Below are positions 21,001 through 28,692 of a stretch of DNA of 64,000 nucleotides, piece by piece. Source of the stretch: Candidatus Multivoradales bacterium (GTDB lineage: Bacteria; Acidobacteriota; Thermoanaerobaculia; Multivoradales; J023); NCBI GenBank assembly GCA_965248925.1, contig CBDFLE010000004.1, positions 192,001 to 256,000 on the forward strand, written 5' to 3'. Positions within the stretch are counted from its first letter, which is position 1, and each line of letters opens with the position of its first letter. The translations under genes were made by a program, and so were the position numbers. The notes under the pieces are model-generated. The model saw only the letters and a program-made list of their open reading frames with translations. It did no database searches and was not told the origin of the DNA.

Positions 21001-24000
21001 GATGCCGAGGGCAAGATCCGTGTCGACCTCGCGGGCATCGGCCCCGCCGGTTTGCCGGTGCGCGGCCTCGGCGAGGGGCTGATGGACGAGCCCATGGCCG
21101 AGCTGAAAGACGATAAGGCGCTGGTGCTACAACGGCAGTCGGACAACCCCCTGTCAGAGGGCTACAACGTCTTCCTCTCCGACCCGGTGGTGCTGCTGGC
21201 TGACGTGCGCGCCTCGGCGCATTTCGAGCGCTCGGAGGCTGAGAAGAAGGTCTGCCGCCGCTGCGACCTGGTGGACGAGGGGGTCTACTCCGCGGCCGAT
21301 CTACCTCCCAACGAGCTGCATGTCGAGCTGCTGTCGGGTCACCAGGTCCGCGCCAGCTACAGCGCCAGCTTCGCCACCAGCCTCAGCGGGCTTTACAACG
21401 CCGATCTGCTAGCGGGCTACGCCGTCATCGCCGACAGTGTGCCCTGGGATCTCAGCCCCTCGCCGCACCAGGAGCCGGTGCTCAATGCCGCCACTAGCGC
21501 GATGGCGGCGCCGGGCACCCTCCTGCACTCAGGAGAGATGACCCGCCAGGCGATCGACTTAAGCCTCCAAGGCCGGGGATTGGACCTCGCCTTGGTGCGC
21601 ACCTACCGCAGCCAGACAATCAGCAACGGCCCCCTCGGCCCGGGCTGGGATCATGGCTACCGCCTGCGCCTGCGGCTCTTGCCCAATGGCGATATCGACT
21701 TCTTCGACGGCACTGGCCGCCGCGAGACCTTCACCTTGGAAGACGACCGCGAGCTGAAGCCGCCCGTCGGCCGCTTCGTCCAGCTCAAGAAGTACGCCGA
21801 GGGCTACACCCTGATCGGCAGCGGCTACCAGCGCTGGCGTTTCGACCGCTGGGGTCGTTTAGTGTCGATGATCGACTCGGTGCGCACCAGCGAAGGGACC
21901 GGCAACGAGATCACCTTCCACTACGACTCCCACTCGCGCCTGGCGCGAATCCACGACGACCTCGACCGCAACACCTTCCTGCACTACGACGACGAAGGCC
22001 GCCTGGAGAAGATCGTCGACTTCAGTGATCGCGACTTCCTCTACCACTACGACGCCCAGGGAAGATTGACCAGTTTCGAGACCCCAGACGTCGACCTCGG
22101 CAGCGGCAGCAGCCAGCGCCTGTCGACCACCTACGCCTACCATCCCCTTGGCACGGGCCTGGCCGGGCAGCTCACCCAGCGCGATGATCTGAAAAGCGAG
22201 ACCGACGCCAAGAGCCAGACCTGGCTCACCCTGCGGTATCAGGACTCCGACGGCAACGGCCGCCCCGATGCGCTCAAAGAACAAGACTGGGGAGCGGGGA
22301 CAGTGCATTTGGCCTTCGATTTCGACGGCCAGCAGACCACCCTCACCGATCGCCGAGGCAAAGTCTGGACCTACCATCACAACGCTGCTGGGCAGGCCAC
22401 CAGCCTGGTCGATCCGAAGTCAGCCAACGGGTCGTGGCAATACGACGGCGAGGGTCTACTGACCCGCGCCACCCGCCCCCTGGGTGGGGCTACCGAGATC
22501 GAGTATCCGGCGGACACCTCCGGCGACCGCCGCGGCAGAGGCGATGCTCTGCGGATGGTTAAGATCGCCGACAGCCGCGGCCCCAACGGCTCGCCCAGCG
22601 AGCTGGTGACCACCTGGGAATACCACTCGCCGACCCACCAGCCCAGCCGAAAGACCGAGCCCGGTGGCGCGGTGACGGTGTGGGTACGGACGGACAATGG
22701 CCTGCCCCAGCAAATCGTGCGGGCGGCTGGCGCGGCGGAGCAGAGCATCACCGGATTGACCTACAACGCCCGCGGCCAGCTGCTGGAAGCCACTAATCCC
22801 AACGGTCACGTCACCCGCCACAGCTATTTCGCCTCTGGCGGGCAGAAAGGCTATCTGCAGCAAACAGAAGTCGACCCTGGCGGTCTCAGTCTGGTCACCA
22901 CCTACGAGCGCAATGATCGCGGCCAGCTGGAGGCGATCACCGATCCGCGGGGTGTGCGCCATGAGACCGAGCTGAACAATCTGGATTGGCCGCTGGCCCA
23001 AGTAGCCGCCGCCAGCACCAGCGGTTTTCTGGCACCCCTCGGCTACCGCACGACCTGGAGCTACGACGCCAACGGCGACATCAGCGAAGTGGCCAGCCCT
23101 TTCGGCGATGGCTCGACGACGACGATCGAAGCTCGTACTTACGGCGTGCTCGGCGAGCTGCTGTCGGTCGAGAGGGAGGTGGCACCGGGAGGTCGGCGGA
23201 TTGTCGAGACCTCGACCTATGACCCAAACCTGAACCTCTTGACTCACATCGACGGCGCCGGCCAGCGGGTCGAGCGTGAGTACGACGACCGAGGCCAGTT
23301 GTCTCTGGTGCGCCGCGGCTTGGGTACCGGCGCATTGGCGACACCGATTGTCGAGCACCAGAGCTACGACCTGGACGGCCATTTGAGCAGTCAGCGCGAT
23401 GGCCGCGGCATGACCTGGGAGGCCGAGCGCGATGGCCATGGTCGGGTGCTGCGCAGCCGCTCGCCTCTCGGCCACTACCGAGAGCAACGCTACAATCCGG
23501 CCGGCGATCTGGCTGCCCTGCTGGCCTACGATGCCGGGGGGCAGCTGCTAGTCGAGAGTGCTTTTGCCTACGATCTGCTGCACCGCCGCACCGAGACCAC
23601 CGCCTGGCGCTGGACACCGGACCCGCAGCAGCCCGACCCCTCTCGTACCGCTGAGAAGACTCACCATCGGTGGGACGCCGCCAGCAACCTGCTCGAAGTC
23701 GAAGATCCGCTGGGTCGCCTGACCAGGACTTCTTACGATGCTGCCGAGCGCCCCGAGCGAGTGGAGCTGCCCGAGGGCAACGTGCGCCGCACGACCTACG
23801 ATTCTGGTGGCTTGCCGATTACCGAGCATGCCGACGAGGTCGATCCGGCGGGCGGCTCGCACACCATCACCTATCAATCGACTTTCGATGCCCTCGGCCG
23901 CCGCCTCAGCCGCCAAGACGGAATCTTCGCCAACCGCACCCTCTGGACGGTGGATGCTCGCGGCCAAGTGACCCTCGAAGTCGACCCGACCGGTAGTTTC

Positions 24001-26976
24001 ACCCAGCGCAGCTACGATGGGCTCAACCGGATGACCCGCGAGGTGCGGCCGGAAGGAATCTCGGTCGACTACAGTTGGGACGACGCTTCGCGCCTCACCA
24101 CCTACACCGACGCCCGCGGCCAGGCCACCCGCTGGGAGTACGACGGCGTGGGTCGGCGCACCAAAGTCGTCTATCCCGATCAGCAGCAGGAGCGTTGGGT
24201 CTATGACCCCACCGGCAACGTTACCGAGCGCCACGATCCTCGCGGCCTGGTAGTGCATCAAAGCTGGGACGAGGCTGGGCGGTTGCAATCACGTACTGTC
24301 ACCCCGCCGCTGGGCGGCACCCTCGAAGGGCCGGGGGTCGAGGCTTTCACCTTCGACGGCCTCGACCGCCTGACCCGAGCCCAGTCGGGAAGCGTAGTTA
24401 CCGAGCGAGTCTACAACTCCCTCTCCCACCTGGCCTCAGAGACGAATGCCGGACGCACCACCAGCTGGCAGCGCAACGCCCTTGGCGAGCCCACTCGCAC
24501 TAGCTACCCCTCGGGCCGCCAGGTCGAGCGCGCCTTCGACAATCTCGGCCGAGCCAGCACGGTTGGCGAACCCGGCGCGCCAGCCTCGATTGCCAGCTAC
24601 GGCTATCGCGGCCCGGCGATTGCCTACAAGGCTCTCGGCAATGGTCTCCTGGGCAACATAAGCTTCGATGGCTTGCGCCGGATGGTGGACAGCAACTTCA
24701 GCCTGGCGGGGGAGTCCGCCACCTTCCAGGAGAGTCTGGCCTGGAGTCCCCGCAGCCTCAAGACCGGCCAATCGCGGGGCGATCTGGGCGGCGCCGGCCG
24801 GGTCTTCGCCTACGATGGCGCGAAGCGCCTGATCGAATCCGCTCGCGTGCCCCCGGCTTTGGCTCAGCGCCCTGGCAACACGCCCCCCGACGTGGCCCTG
24901 CTGGCCACCTTGCCCGAACGCACGAGCTACCAGCACGACAACGCCATGAACCTGATTCGCAGCACCACCACCCAGCGTGGCATCGAGCAGATCACCGACT
25001 TGCCGCCCGACAATCGCAATCGTCCCAGCGCCTTCGGCGGCGTTGCCCTCGAATGGGACGCTGCCGGCAACATGAAGCGCAAAGGCGATATGCAGATGTA
25101 CTATGATTTACACAACCGCCTGACGCGGGTCGCCCGCGCCGGTGTCGAAGTCGCCAAGTATCACTACGACGCCTTCAACCGCCGGGTGAAGGTCGAAACG
25201 CCGACCCACACTGACGACAGCGTATGGGACGGCTGGCAGTCGTTAGAGACCTATCGCGATGGCGCCTTGGCTTCGCGGCGAGTTTACGGCAACGGTATCG
25301 ACGAGATCCTGCAACAAGAGGCCGACCTCGACGGAGATGGCACGGTGGAGCAGACTTACTATCCGATCACCGACAGCACCGGCAACGTGGCGATGCTGAC
25401 CGGAGCCGACGGCAAGCCCATCGAGCGCTACTTCTACAGCCCCTTCGGCGGGCGCAAAGTGCTGGTCGACTCCACGCCCCCCGAGGTCGAACAGGTGCGG
25501 GTCCAAGACAGTGCACTGTGGATCGAGCTTTCTGAAGAAGTCTCCACCGAAGAACTACAAGCCAGCCTGGCCGACGGTCGCATCCAGCTGACCCAGACCA
25601 GCGACGGAATGCCCCTACCGCTGAACTTCGATCTACCCGTTCAGGAAGGCCGTCAAGCTCGGCGAAGACTCGTACTGACGCCGGCCACGCTGCCGGCCGA
25701 CGGTGACAGCCTGCGGCTAGAAGTCGCCGCCAGCGCGCTGAGCGATACCTTCCGCAACCTGGCCAATGCCGGCGTCGACCTCACCTGGACCTGGTCCGCG
25801 GCCGACGAAGTGCTGCAAGATACCGCCGCGCCGCGGGTCGCCGAAATCCTGCTGCGATCACGCGTCGTCGAGATCCAGTTCAGCGAAGAAGCCGATTTCG
25901 CCGCCGCGTCTGGCGCGATCCTCTTAGACGGTCAGCCCACTAGCTGGACCCTGGCTGAAGACCGATACACCCTGATCTCTACTACGACGCTGGCAGCAGG
26001 AACGCACACACTCGACATCAGCACCACCGCTCTCGACCTCGCCGGCAGCGGCCTGGCCGCTGCCTTCAGTCAGGCGCTCGACGTGCCCGCCAGCGGCGAC
26101 CAGCTGGCCTACCAGGCCGCCGACCCACGACTCAGCAGCACCAGTGCCGCCGGCAACGCTCATGGCTTCCATGGCCGGCCGGTGGATGAGGAAACCGGGC
26201 TGCTGTACTTCAGGAATCGGTATCTTGATCCGGAGATGGGACGGTTTGTTAGTAGCGACCCGATGGGTTATGTGGATGGGCCTAGTGGGTATCAGTTTGC
26301 GGGGAATAACCCTGTCAATGATAGTGATTCTCTTGGCCTGAGGCGGGAAGTGAGAGAGCCGGTTACGAGAAAGGAAAGGCGGATCGCGCGAGCTTACAAC
26401 GCTGAGTATGAGAAAATGAAGTCGGACCCGAGATTTTCCGACGCTCTCAAAGAGCTTAAAGAAAATGAAGATTATACTTTGGAGGTCGTCTTTGATGATG
26501 AGTACGATGGATATGGGCAGTTGGCAGTAGTGGGGGGGTACAAGTTTGACGATGATGGGAACCTTATAGGTGCAACGCTAACAGTCGGGCCAGGTTTTAG
26601 AGGCTCTATTAATATTGGAAATGACGAAATGTACCCGTATGGGAGTACTCTCTCGGGAGAGAAGAACAGGCGAGTTTATACAATCTTGCATGAGGAGCTC
26701 GGACATGGTTTCCTGCCTATAACAGACAGGAAATATCTCAGTATACTTCAGGAGAAATCTGCTTACAACGAACGCCTCAACGAGCTGGAAGAAAGTGTCA
26801 GCGTGCCCAGGTCGAGTGCCCGAGAGTGGGTTGAAGAATATCAGCGGCTTTTCGCTGAGAGTGAATTCAGTACGCCTGAGTTCAAGAAGCGCAGGATCGA
26901 AATTAAGAAATATATTGAAAACAGTGCCGATCAACGTGCCCAGGAACTCATTGAAGGTGGTGGAAGGGATGAGTAG
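12049..26976 (+). CDS. Giant secreted Ig-repeat/LVIVD/RHS polymorphic toxin, unit 1 (4975 aa; barrel type B; HEELGH metallopeptidase-like tip)
   Basis: Signal peptide ending AAQA; repeated Ig-like D-x-x-P-P...SG units; Big_5-like FSEP/DxAGN domains; LVIVD-like repeat; pre-RHS motif SGEMTRQAIDL...GPLGPGWDHGY; YD repeats; core ETGLLYFRNRYLDPEMGRFVSSDPMG. Confidence 0.93.
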   Translation: MSKQLSLRSLLVLQASLGALLLSVSAAQAAPVFVSVTPADGTLSSAATVTLTIEVQAATSLQVDGQAVTTVDPSGTVWTAGPYSLSEGERVLVLIAEDASGVQAQQLHRVVRDSLPPVLSLSQPAAGAIVASSPLIVAGTAVDAHLAAVRVGGQVAALSGASFSHSLVLVEGEQTFTVEASDSLGQSGQQSVTVTLDSQPPTVALLEGAQPLAADALFNRSVVLSFSVTDATATTVEALLDGASFTSGTTVSAAGSHVLSVTATDAAGQPTSVSRSFEIDLTAPTFLSFTPSDGTLLADSQVTLSGVVEGAAALSVEGQAASLVGQSWTAGALQLIEGEREISILATDLAGNSASFTLHLERDATAPQLIGLVPSVDSVLATSPVAISGTASDAHLLEVRVGGELASLTGSQFSHPAVVLVEGENLLPIVATDQVGHQATAELRLVLDTQAPTLSVLVAGVPLQGGAVFAGPVTPEISASDATEVVTSATLDGATYLPGTVIAGDGLHQLSVSASDAAGHQATVLVSFSLDLAAPVFADLAPVAGSVDSAAQVTLTGRAPGAVSVSVDGQAATLAGDGFSAGPFNLSEGERVFLLAATDSGGNVTQLTHRLTRDSTAPQLTLGQPAAGSLLGSTTVDVSGTASDPRLDQVTVNGVLAEISGGAFLARQVALIEGDNVLTVVAADTVGNEVQTTRSVTVDTTPPTVVITDPASGTITPEAGLTLSGSAADPHLDRVEVAGVGASLAGGQWSLAVDLQEGSNTFTVEAFDPLGHSTSASVTVTRDSSAPEIHIESPAEGLYSPAANLTVSGTVVAEPDLTVTVGGVAATVAGSSWSAAAVPLVEGENRLIARVTDALGNQGTHTRVVWRDNQAPEFLSSIPAAGALELPAGSSFRLRFSEPLAAPSGGAYSLSTLAGQALASSAEIDGDDLVITPQAALPSATELRLVLGAGLVDRAGNALAAAHTLAFTVVDGGSPAAPQLDAYASYLCAPAITLAGSAEPGAWIEVDGGASVGAGQVADDGRFAISVVLLPEGPNHLTVIAVDAAGNPSPATSADIVHDCTAPEVLGASREAAGFRIALSETVDPLTLSGSVRVYDSGVEIAGTVSAAVNAGAGELIWTATAALPSVALLVEVEGALADLAGNPLAFPYRQLFDIALGGSFFSGTAIDDASGRPLGGVRAVVTASDGVALAEPWPEQTSGEDGRLVIALPAGTHDVTFARPGYTPVFRVVTTVDGQGTDVFDPRLTPAAAAVSIDASGGLVEGSSEVGTAPRLTLPPAGLASAAAVRLTAVGGQGLAALLPYGWAPRGAVWVDLSAVNLDSSATLDLPVTSPDGTVLEAVTLDLATLQWRSLGVVTVSGGEVTMTVDGEGAWAAVEADSGALAPPPAVAGQMLGSSAAPPSGGVTSASLSFDPEVVLPTQRSWVQVLYGLAAEVPSGVPLTLSIEERLELLDGSVRRISPYSADLVLYRDSLGDPTSRFRLRPSAAARSLPVRLGAEQVSVRSYGDETVRGNVLGPDGGVVSSAEGDQVVLPTGALEEPTAVTLSRRTVADLPLAPPAGGTVDGVLELDLAGRRLLLPAELSWSLTPAPAAGTPGLLLGVVEVEGEPRYRAIAELEATGTGWRTQAIDAADLAWPGVLEGGLYVFLRLDAAPRFVRGMVLDPGGAPVVGAVVESTTVPWLQISAAEGGYVLPILLDAATLSARRAVTGNAVAVALPAGVAAERVDLDLPLQIVAPWVEQITPSAGTSGVLLGFNPVVRFSEPVDRASLDGAIELRQGGVAVAVALDHQGALVTLLPQATLVPGSEYEVWVGAAVRDLQGYGLSGSVSVLFSTEVVATPAGVDRGRIFLVEPDAQGLARVEGLAGAAPAGTLVFVENLTSFSTTESVQSAGDGSFLLTIGASLDDQLLLHVLIDGGNEVVILLTPFLGADLRTGLAGTGAGEFTTADGITVRYAAGTFAGPSRVQVTPIAMGTLAAAEDFSELVTFRLEIAGAQPLKPLEVTMAAPAGTAPAGTAAGSLWLLRRQLEIADLPWMVHAELALDGGELSTIHTVGEAQSANSGEVGGTKSGTFDVPAPLRVLSPAEAAARLPRSGFLSALPPADPAALVEVEPPLAGLGPAKATVVPVLADYLVGVSRPGIYQAARAEVELGWIAFPFRGAQDLVVRTAELPEVVLALDAVNRSFLPLGAGALPVELSPTPLNADPAAPGTKAPPAGEPKADSVEIQVLDFAGVELYRLVVDAPTQQLVLLTPSQLPNAGPPMPVGGGPLRFHAFDVAEGTAEIAAGISAELEGNSLTVRGEAGSAGAGVAVRLIDLESSNVLSATASPGGSFSVVASPSQLGDQLVLAISAKLTPGQPLRLDFSEALQEEAPGIRVEHDGMALPITKEPLGSWAQLRIHGGWQAGKTYNLRLDSTMADAAGLPWDTDLTLPFEVAESSAGTSFALDAAHDIARLGSLLFVAAGADGLAVLDASDPRQLKNWLAAETYVDLVSEPGLPVRGVATDSHGRVVAVGGGVARRGVLLILDPQELPQGAATVPAAAILGRTLLTEPQLAGSGAPPLLIGRPLEVEIFNRDQSTTWTLGEAVPPGLTLAPPSPPSGTAAVSLTVSGMATAERPVTLRNLTTGERDSARVGSAGGGGAGSFSLSLSVQRGDRLELLRNELSLAYVAGYDAGVVTVDLNAVEAADEEVDDPWDAFDLLRYNTHYFVPTEVLCSTFENDQRFDVIEARVLPAASEGEPWSVLALVENYGLLSLGASVAAPLDKLAYRDALCGEVDDNRKLGGLDVLPGYRFDRNGDGVLDDDEPERDYALLTNTVGGGGRGWLLIVDVTERDELRRVGRIELPGPATRVTADPVGRRALVSGLGGGVYIVDLDRWPELGGGGGTPQIWSSDRVVERLSFGEDVRAPTLVAPELGLAFAGGVARGVTPISTGLPRLSLVTSGQQGLRRVARLAPFGAPTAPESAEEGAEEIPGVIRVQAQLPGGLADAEGKIRVDLAGIGPAGLPVRGLGEGLMDEPMAELKDDKALVLQRQSDNPLSEGYNVFLSDPVVLLADVRASAHFERSEAEKKVCRRCDLVDEGVYSAADLPPNELHVELLSGHQVRASYSASFATSLSGLYNADLLAGYAVIADSVPWDLSPSPHQEPVLNAATSAMAAPGTLLHSGEMTRQAIDLSLQGRGLDLALVRTYRSQTISNGPLGPGWDHGYRLRLRLLPNGDIDFFDGTGRRETFTLEDDRELKPPVGRFVQLKKYAEGYTLIGSGYQRWRFDRWGRLVSMIDSVRTSEGTGNEITFHYDSHSRLARIHDDLDRNTFLHYDDEGRLEKIVDFSDRDFLYHYDAQGRLTSFETPDVDLGSGSSQRLSTTYAYHPLGTGLAGQLTQRDDLKSETDAKSQTWLTLRYQDSDGNGRPDALKEQDWGAGTVHLAFDFDGQQTTLTDRRGKVWTYHHNAAGQATSLVDPKSANGSWQYDGEGLLTRATRPLGGATEIEYPADTSGDRRGRGDALRMVKIADSRGPNGSPSELVTTWEYHSPTHQPSRKTEPGGAVTVWVRTDNGLPQQIVRAAGAAEQSITGLTYNARGQLLEATNPNGHVTRHSYFASGGQKGYLQQTEVDPGGLSLVTTYERNDRGQLEAITDPRGVRHETELNNLDWPLAQVAAASTSGFLAPLGYRTTWSYDANGDISEVASPFGDGSTTTIEARTYGVLGELLSVEREVAPGGRRIVETSTYDPNLNLLTHIDGAGQRVEREYDDRGQLSLVRRGLGTGALATPIVEHQSYDLDGHLSSQRDGRGMTWEAERDGHGRVLRSRSPLGHYREQRYNPAGDLAALLAYDAGGQLLVESAFAYDLLHRRTETTAWRWTPDPQQPDPSRTAEKTHHRWDAASNLLEVEDPLGRLTRTSYDAAERPERVELPEGNVRRTTYDSGGLPITEHADEVDPAGGSHTITYQSTFDALGRRLSRQDGIFANRTLWTVDARGQVTLEVDPTGSFTQRSYDGLNRMTREVRPEGISVDYSWDDASRLTTYTDARGQATRWEYDGVGRRTKVVYPDQQQERWVYDPTGNVTERHDPRGLVVHQSWDEAGRLQSRTVTPPLGGTLEGPGVEAFTFDGLDRLTRAQSGSVVTERVYNSLSHLASETNAGRTTSWQRNALGEPTRTSYPSGRQVERAFDNLGRASTVGEPGAPASIASYGYRGPAIAYKALGNGLLGNISFDGLRRMVDSNFSLAGESATFQESLAWSPRSLKTGQSRGDLGGAGRVFAYDGAKRLIESARVPPALAQRPGNTPPDVALLATLPERTSYQHDNAMNLIRSTTTQRGIEQITDLPPDNRNRPSAFGGVALEWDAAGNMKRKGDMQMYYDLHNRLTRVARAGVEVAKYHYDAFNRRVKVETPTHTDDSVWDGWQSLETYRDGALASRRVYGNGIDEILQQEADLDGDGTVEQTYYPITDSTGNVAMLTGADGKPIERYFYSPFGGRKVLVDSTPPEVEQVRVQDSALWIELSEEVSTEELQASLADGRIQLTQTSDGMPLPLNFDLPVQEGRQARRRLVLTPATLPADGDSLRLEVAASALSDTFRNLANAGVDLTWTWSAADEVLQDTAAPRVAEILLRSRVVEIQFSEEADFAAASGAILLDGQPTSWTLAEDRYTLISTTTLAAGTHTLDISTTALDLAGSGLAAAFSQALDVPASGDQLAYQAADPRLSSTSAAGNAHGFHGRPVDEETGLLYFRNRYLDPEMGRFVSSDPMGYVDGPSGYQFAGNNPVNDSDSLGLRREVREPVTRKERRIARAYNAEYEKMKSDPRFSDALKELKENEDYTLEVVFDDEYDGYGQLAVVGGYKFDDDGNLIGATLTVGPGFRGSINIGNDEMYPYGSTLSGEKNRRVYTILHEELGHGFLPITDRKYLSILQEKSAYNERLNELEESVSVPRSSAREWVEEYQRLFAESEFSTPEFKKRRIEIKKYIENSADQRAQELIEGGGRDE

Positions 26977-27433
26977 ATTAAGGAATTGTATTCATGTTGT
27001 TGAGTCATTGACTCTGGGTATTGCTATATTCCTTATTGTCGAGGCTTGTGCAGTTACCGGAGAGTGTTTGATCTCTGAAGGCGAGATTTCGTCGTATCAG
27101 AGGTTAATTGTTCGACCAGAGAACTCTGGTGATTTCTACCGGGTAGTCGGGATTTACCGTGGTGGGTTTGAGACTTCTGTAGTTACCCTGTTCCTTGATG
27201 AGGATCTGAGTTTGTTGAATTTGGACTATAGCGGGTCTATGGCGTATTGCGTTAGAGTCAGAGACTCTTGTGAATCGGTGTTTTACGAAGGACTCTCTGG
27301 CAACGTGGAGGCGTCATTCGACTACCCATTCTATGGCAAGGTCGATTTGCTGGTTCGCTTTGAAGGGGAGTCTAGCGATTTAGACTGTCGGTCTGGCAGA
27401 TTGACCGTGTTGCGAATTCACGAAATGCATTGA
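26969..27433 (+). CDS. Putative immunity protein (154 aa, N-terminal hydrophobic segment, likely exported)
   Basis: ATG overlaps the toxin end; low GC; LTLGIAIFLIVEAC segment. Confidence 0.7.
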   Translation: MSRLRNCIHVVESLTLGIAIFLIVEACAVTGECLISEGEISSYQRLIVRPENSGDFYRVVGIYRGGFETSVVTLFLDEDLSLLNLDYSGSMAYCVRVRDSCESVFYEGLSGNVEASFDYPFYGKVDLLVRFEGESSDLDCRSGRLTVLRIHEMH

Positions 27434-27442
27434 TTTCCTGTC

Positions 27443-27560
27443 TGTCCCGTCCGCGTGTCCCGTCCGCGGCGTCCACGATCAAAATCGTAGCCAAACGGCC
27501 TGTCCCGTCCGCGGCGTCCGCGAACGAAATAGTGGCTAAAAGGCCACTTTATTAGCCGTC
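27443..27560 (+). repeat. Unit-boundary direct repeat, three staggered copies (27443, 27456, 27501)
   Basis: TGTCCCGTCCGCG; TGTCCCGTCCGCGGCGTCCACGATCAAAATCGTAGCCAAACGGCC; TGTCCCGTCCGCGGCGTCCGCGAACGAAATAGTGGCTAAAAGGCCACTTT. Confidence 0.88.
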
Positions 27561-27727
27561 TAGCCTCGCCGGTAAGCCGGCACCGTGCCGATCATCCTCA
27601 GCTCATTCTGAAAATCTTCCCAGCCGACCGCCATCTTCGCTCACCGGCCGGAAATCGTGCCCCATGGTCGCACCTCACCGTGGACAGCGCGTCGCAGCAG
27701 CCCATCAACTCGCCAGCCCGAACCGCT

Positions 27728-28642
27728 CTACTTGGGCGCATAGAAGCCAGAGAGCACTCCTTGCCAGGCGGTCATGAATCGTAGGTGCCCTCGTGAGGGC
27801 TGGCGGCCGGTCCATATCTCTGCCGGTGTGCAGCCGTCGAGGTTCTGATGCGGGCGCAGTTCGTTATACCAAAACCGGAAGACATCCAGCTGCCTCTGGG
27901 CCTTGCGGCCCGCTGGCAGCGACTCGCACCGCCGCCGCAGGCGCTCTTTGAAAGTGCCGAAGAAGCGCTCGATTCGGCCGTTCTGCCAGGGCGAGGCCAG
28001 TTGCGTTCGCTGATGGCGGATGCCCAGCAGGGCCAGCGAGAGCCGGAAGATCCACGAGGTGAAGACAGGCTCGTTGTCAGTGCGCAAGCACTTTGGCTTG
28101 CCGCAGAACTCGATCGCGTCGAGCAGCTGGCGCACCAGTTCGACCGAGGCTTTGGTCTTGACAACTTGAAGGCACAAGCAGAGCCGAGTGCCGTGATCCA
28201 GCAGGCCGAGAATCATCTCTTTCTTGCTGGCGGTGTTGTCAGCGTAGGTGAGATCGGCGGCCCAGATCAGCCGCTTGCCGCCGATCCCAGGTTTTCTCCT
28301 GCGGATCTTCCGGCGCCAAGCGAGAATCTCCAGCTGGTGCTCGTTGAAGATCTTTGCAACGTAGCTCTTGCCCACCGTCATTCGGCGATGGCGGTAGTTG
28401 CGATTGAAGGCTGCCGCGATCGCCCTACAGCCATCGTCAGGCTGCAACGCCTTGAGCCGGATCACCGCTTGGGGCACCCACTTGGGCTTGCGCCGGCAGA
28501 AGCCGCGATAAGTCGTTGGGTCGGGTGGACACTTGGCTCGGCGGCGGTGCTTCGCCCTGGGTTGCAGGGCGAGCGAAGTGAGCGCAAGAATCAGAAGTAA
28601 CATGAAGGCACAGAGCAGGGCGCCGGCAAGATCAGAAGTCAT
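27728..28642 (-). CDS. rve/DDE integrase with N-terminal hydrophobic helix, unit 2 (intact)
   Basis: Close paralog of 5525-6439 with DDE motifs intact. Confidence 0.88.
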   Translation of the reverse strand: MTSDLAGALLCAFMLLLILALTSLALQPRAKHRRRAKCPPDPTTYRGFCRRKPKWVPQAVIRLKALQPDDGCRAIAAAFNRNYRHRRMTVGKSYVAKIFNEHQLEILAWRRKIRRRKPGIGGKRLIWAADLTYADNTASKKEMILGLLDHGTRLCLCLQVVKTKASVELVRQLLDAIEFCGKPKCLRTDNEPVFTSWIFRLSLALLGIRHQRTQLASPWQNGRIERFFGTFKERLRRRCESLPAGRKAQRQLDVFRFWYNELRPHQNLDGCTPAEIWTGRQPSRGHLRFMTAWQGVLSGFYAPK

Positions 28643-28692
28643 TCCTTGAGAATACCGATCTCACGCAGCCTAGCCCGAGGTGCCGCGCTGCC

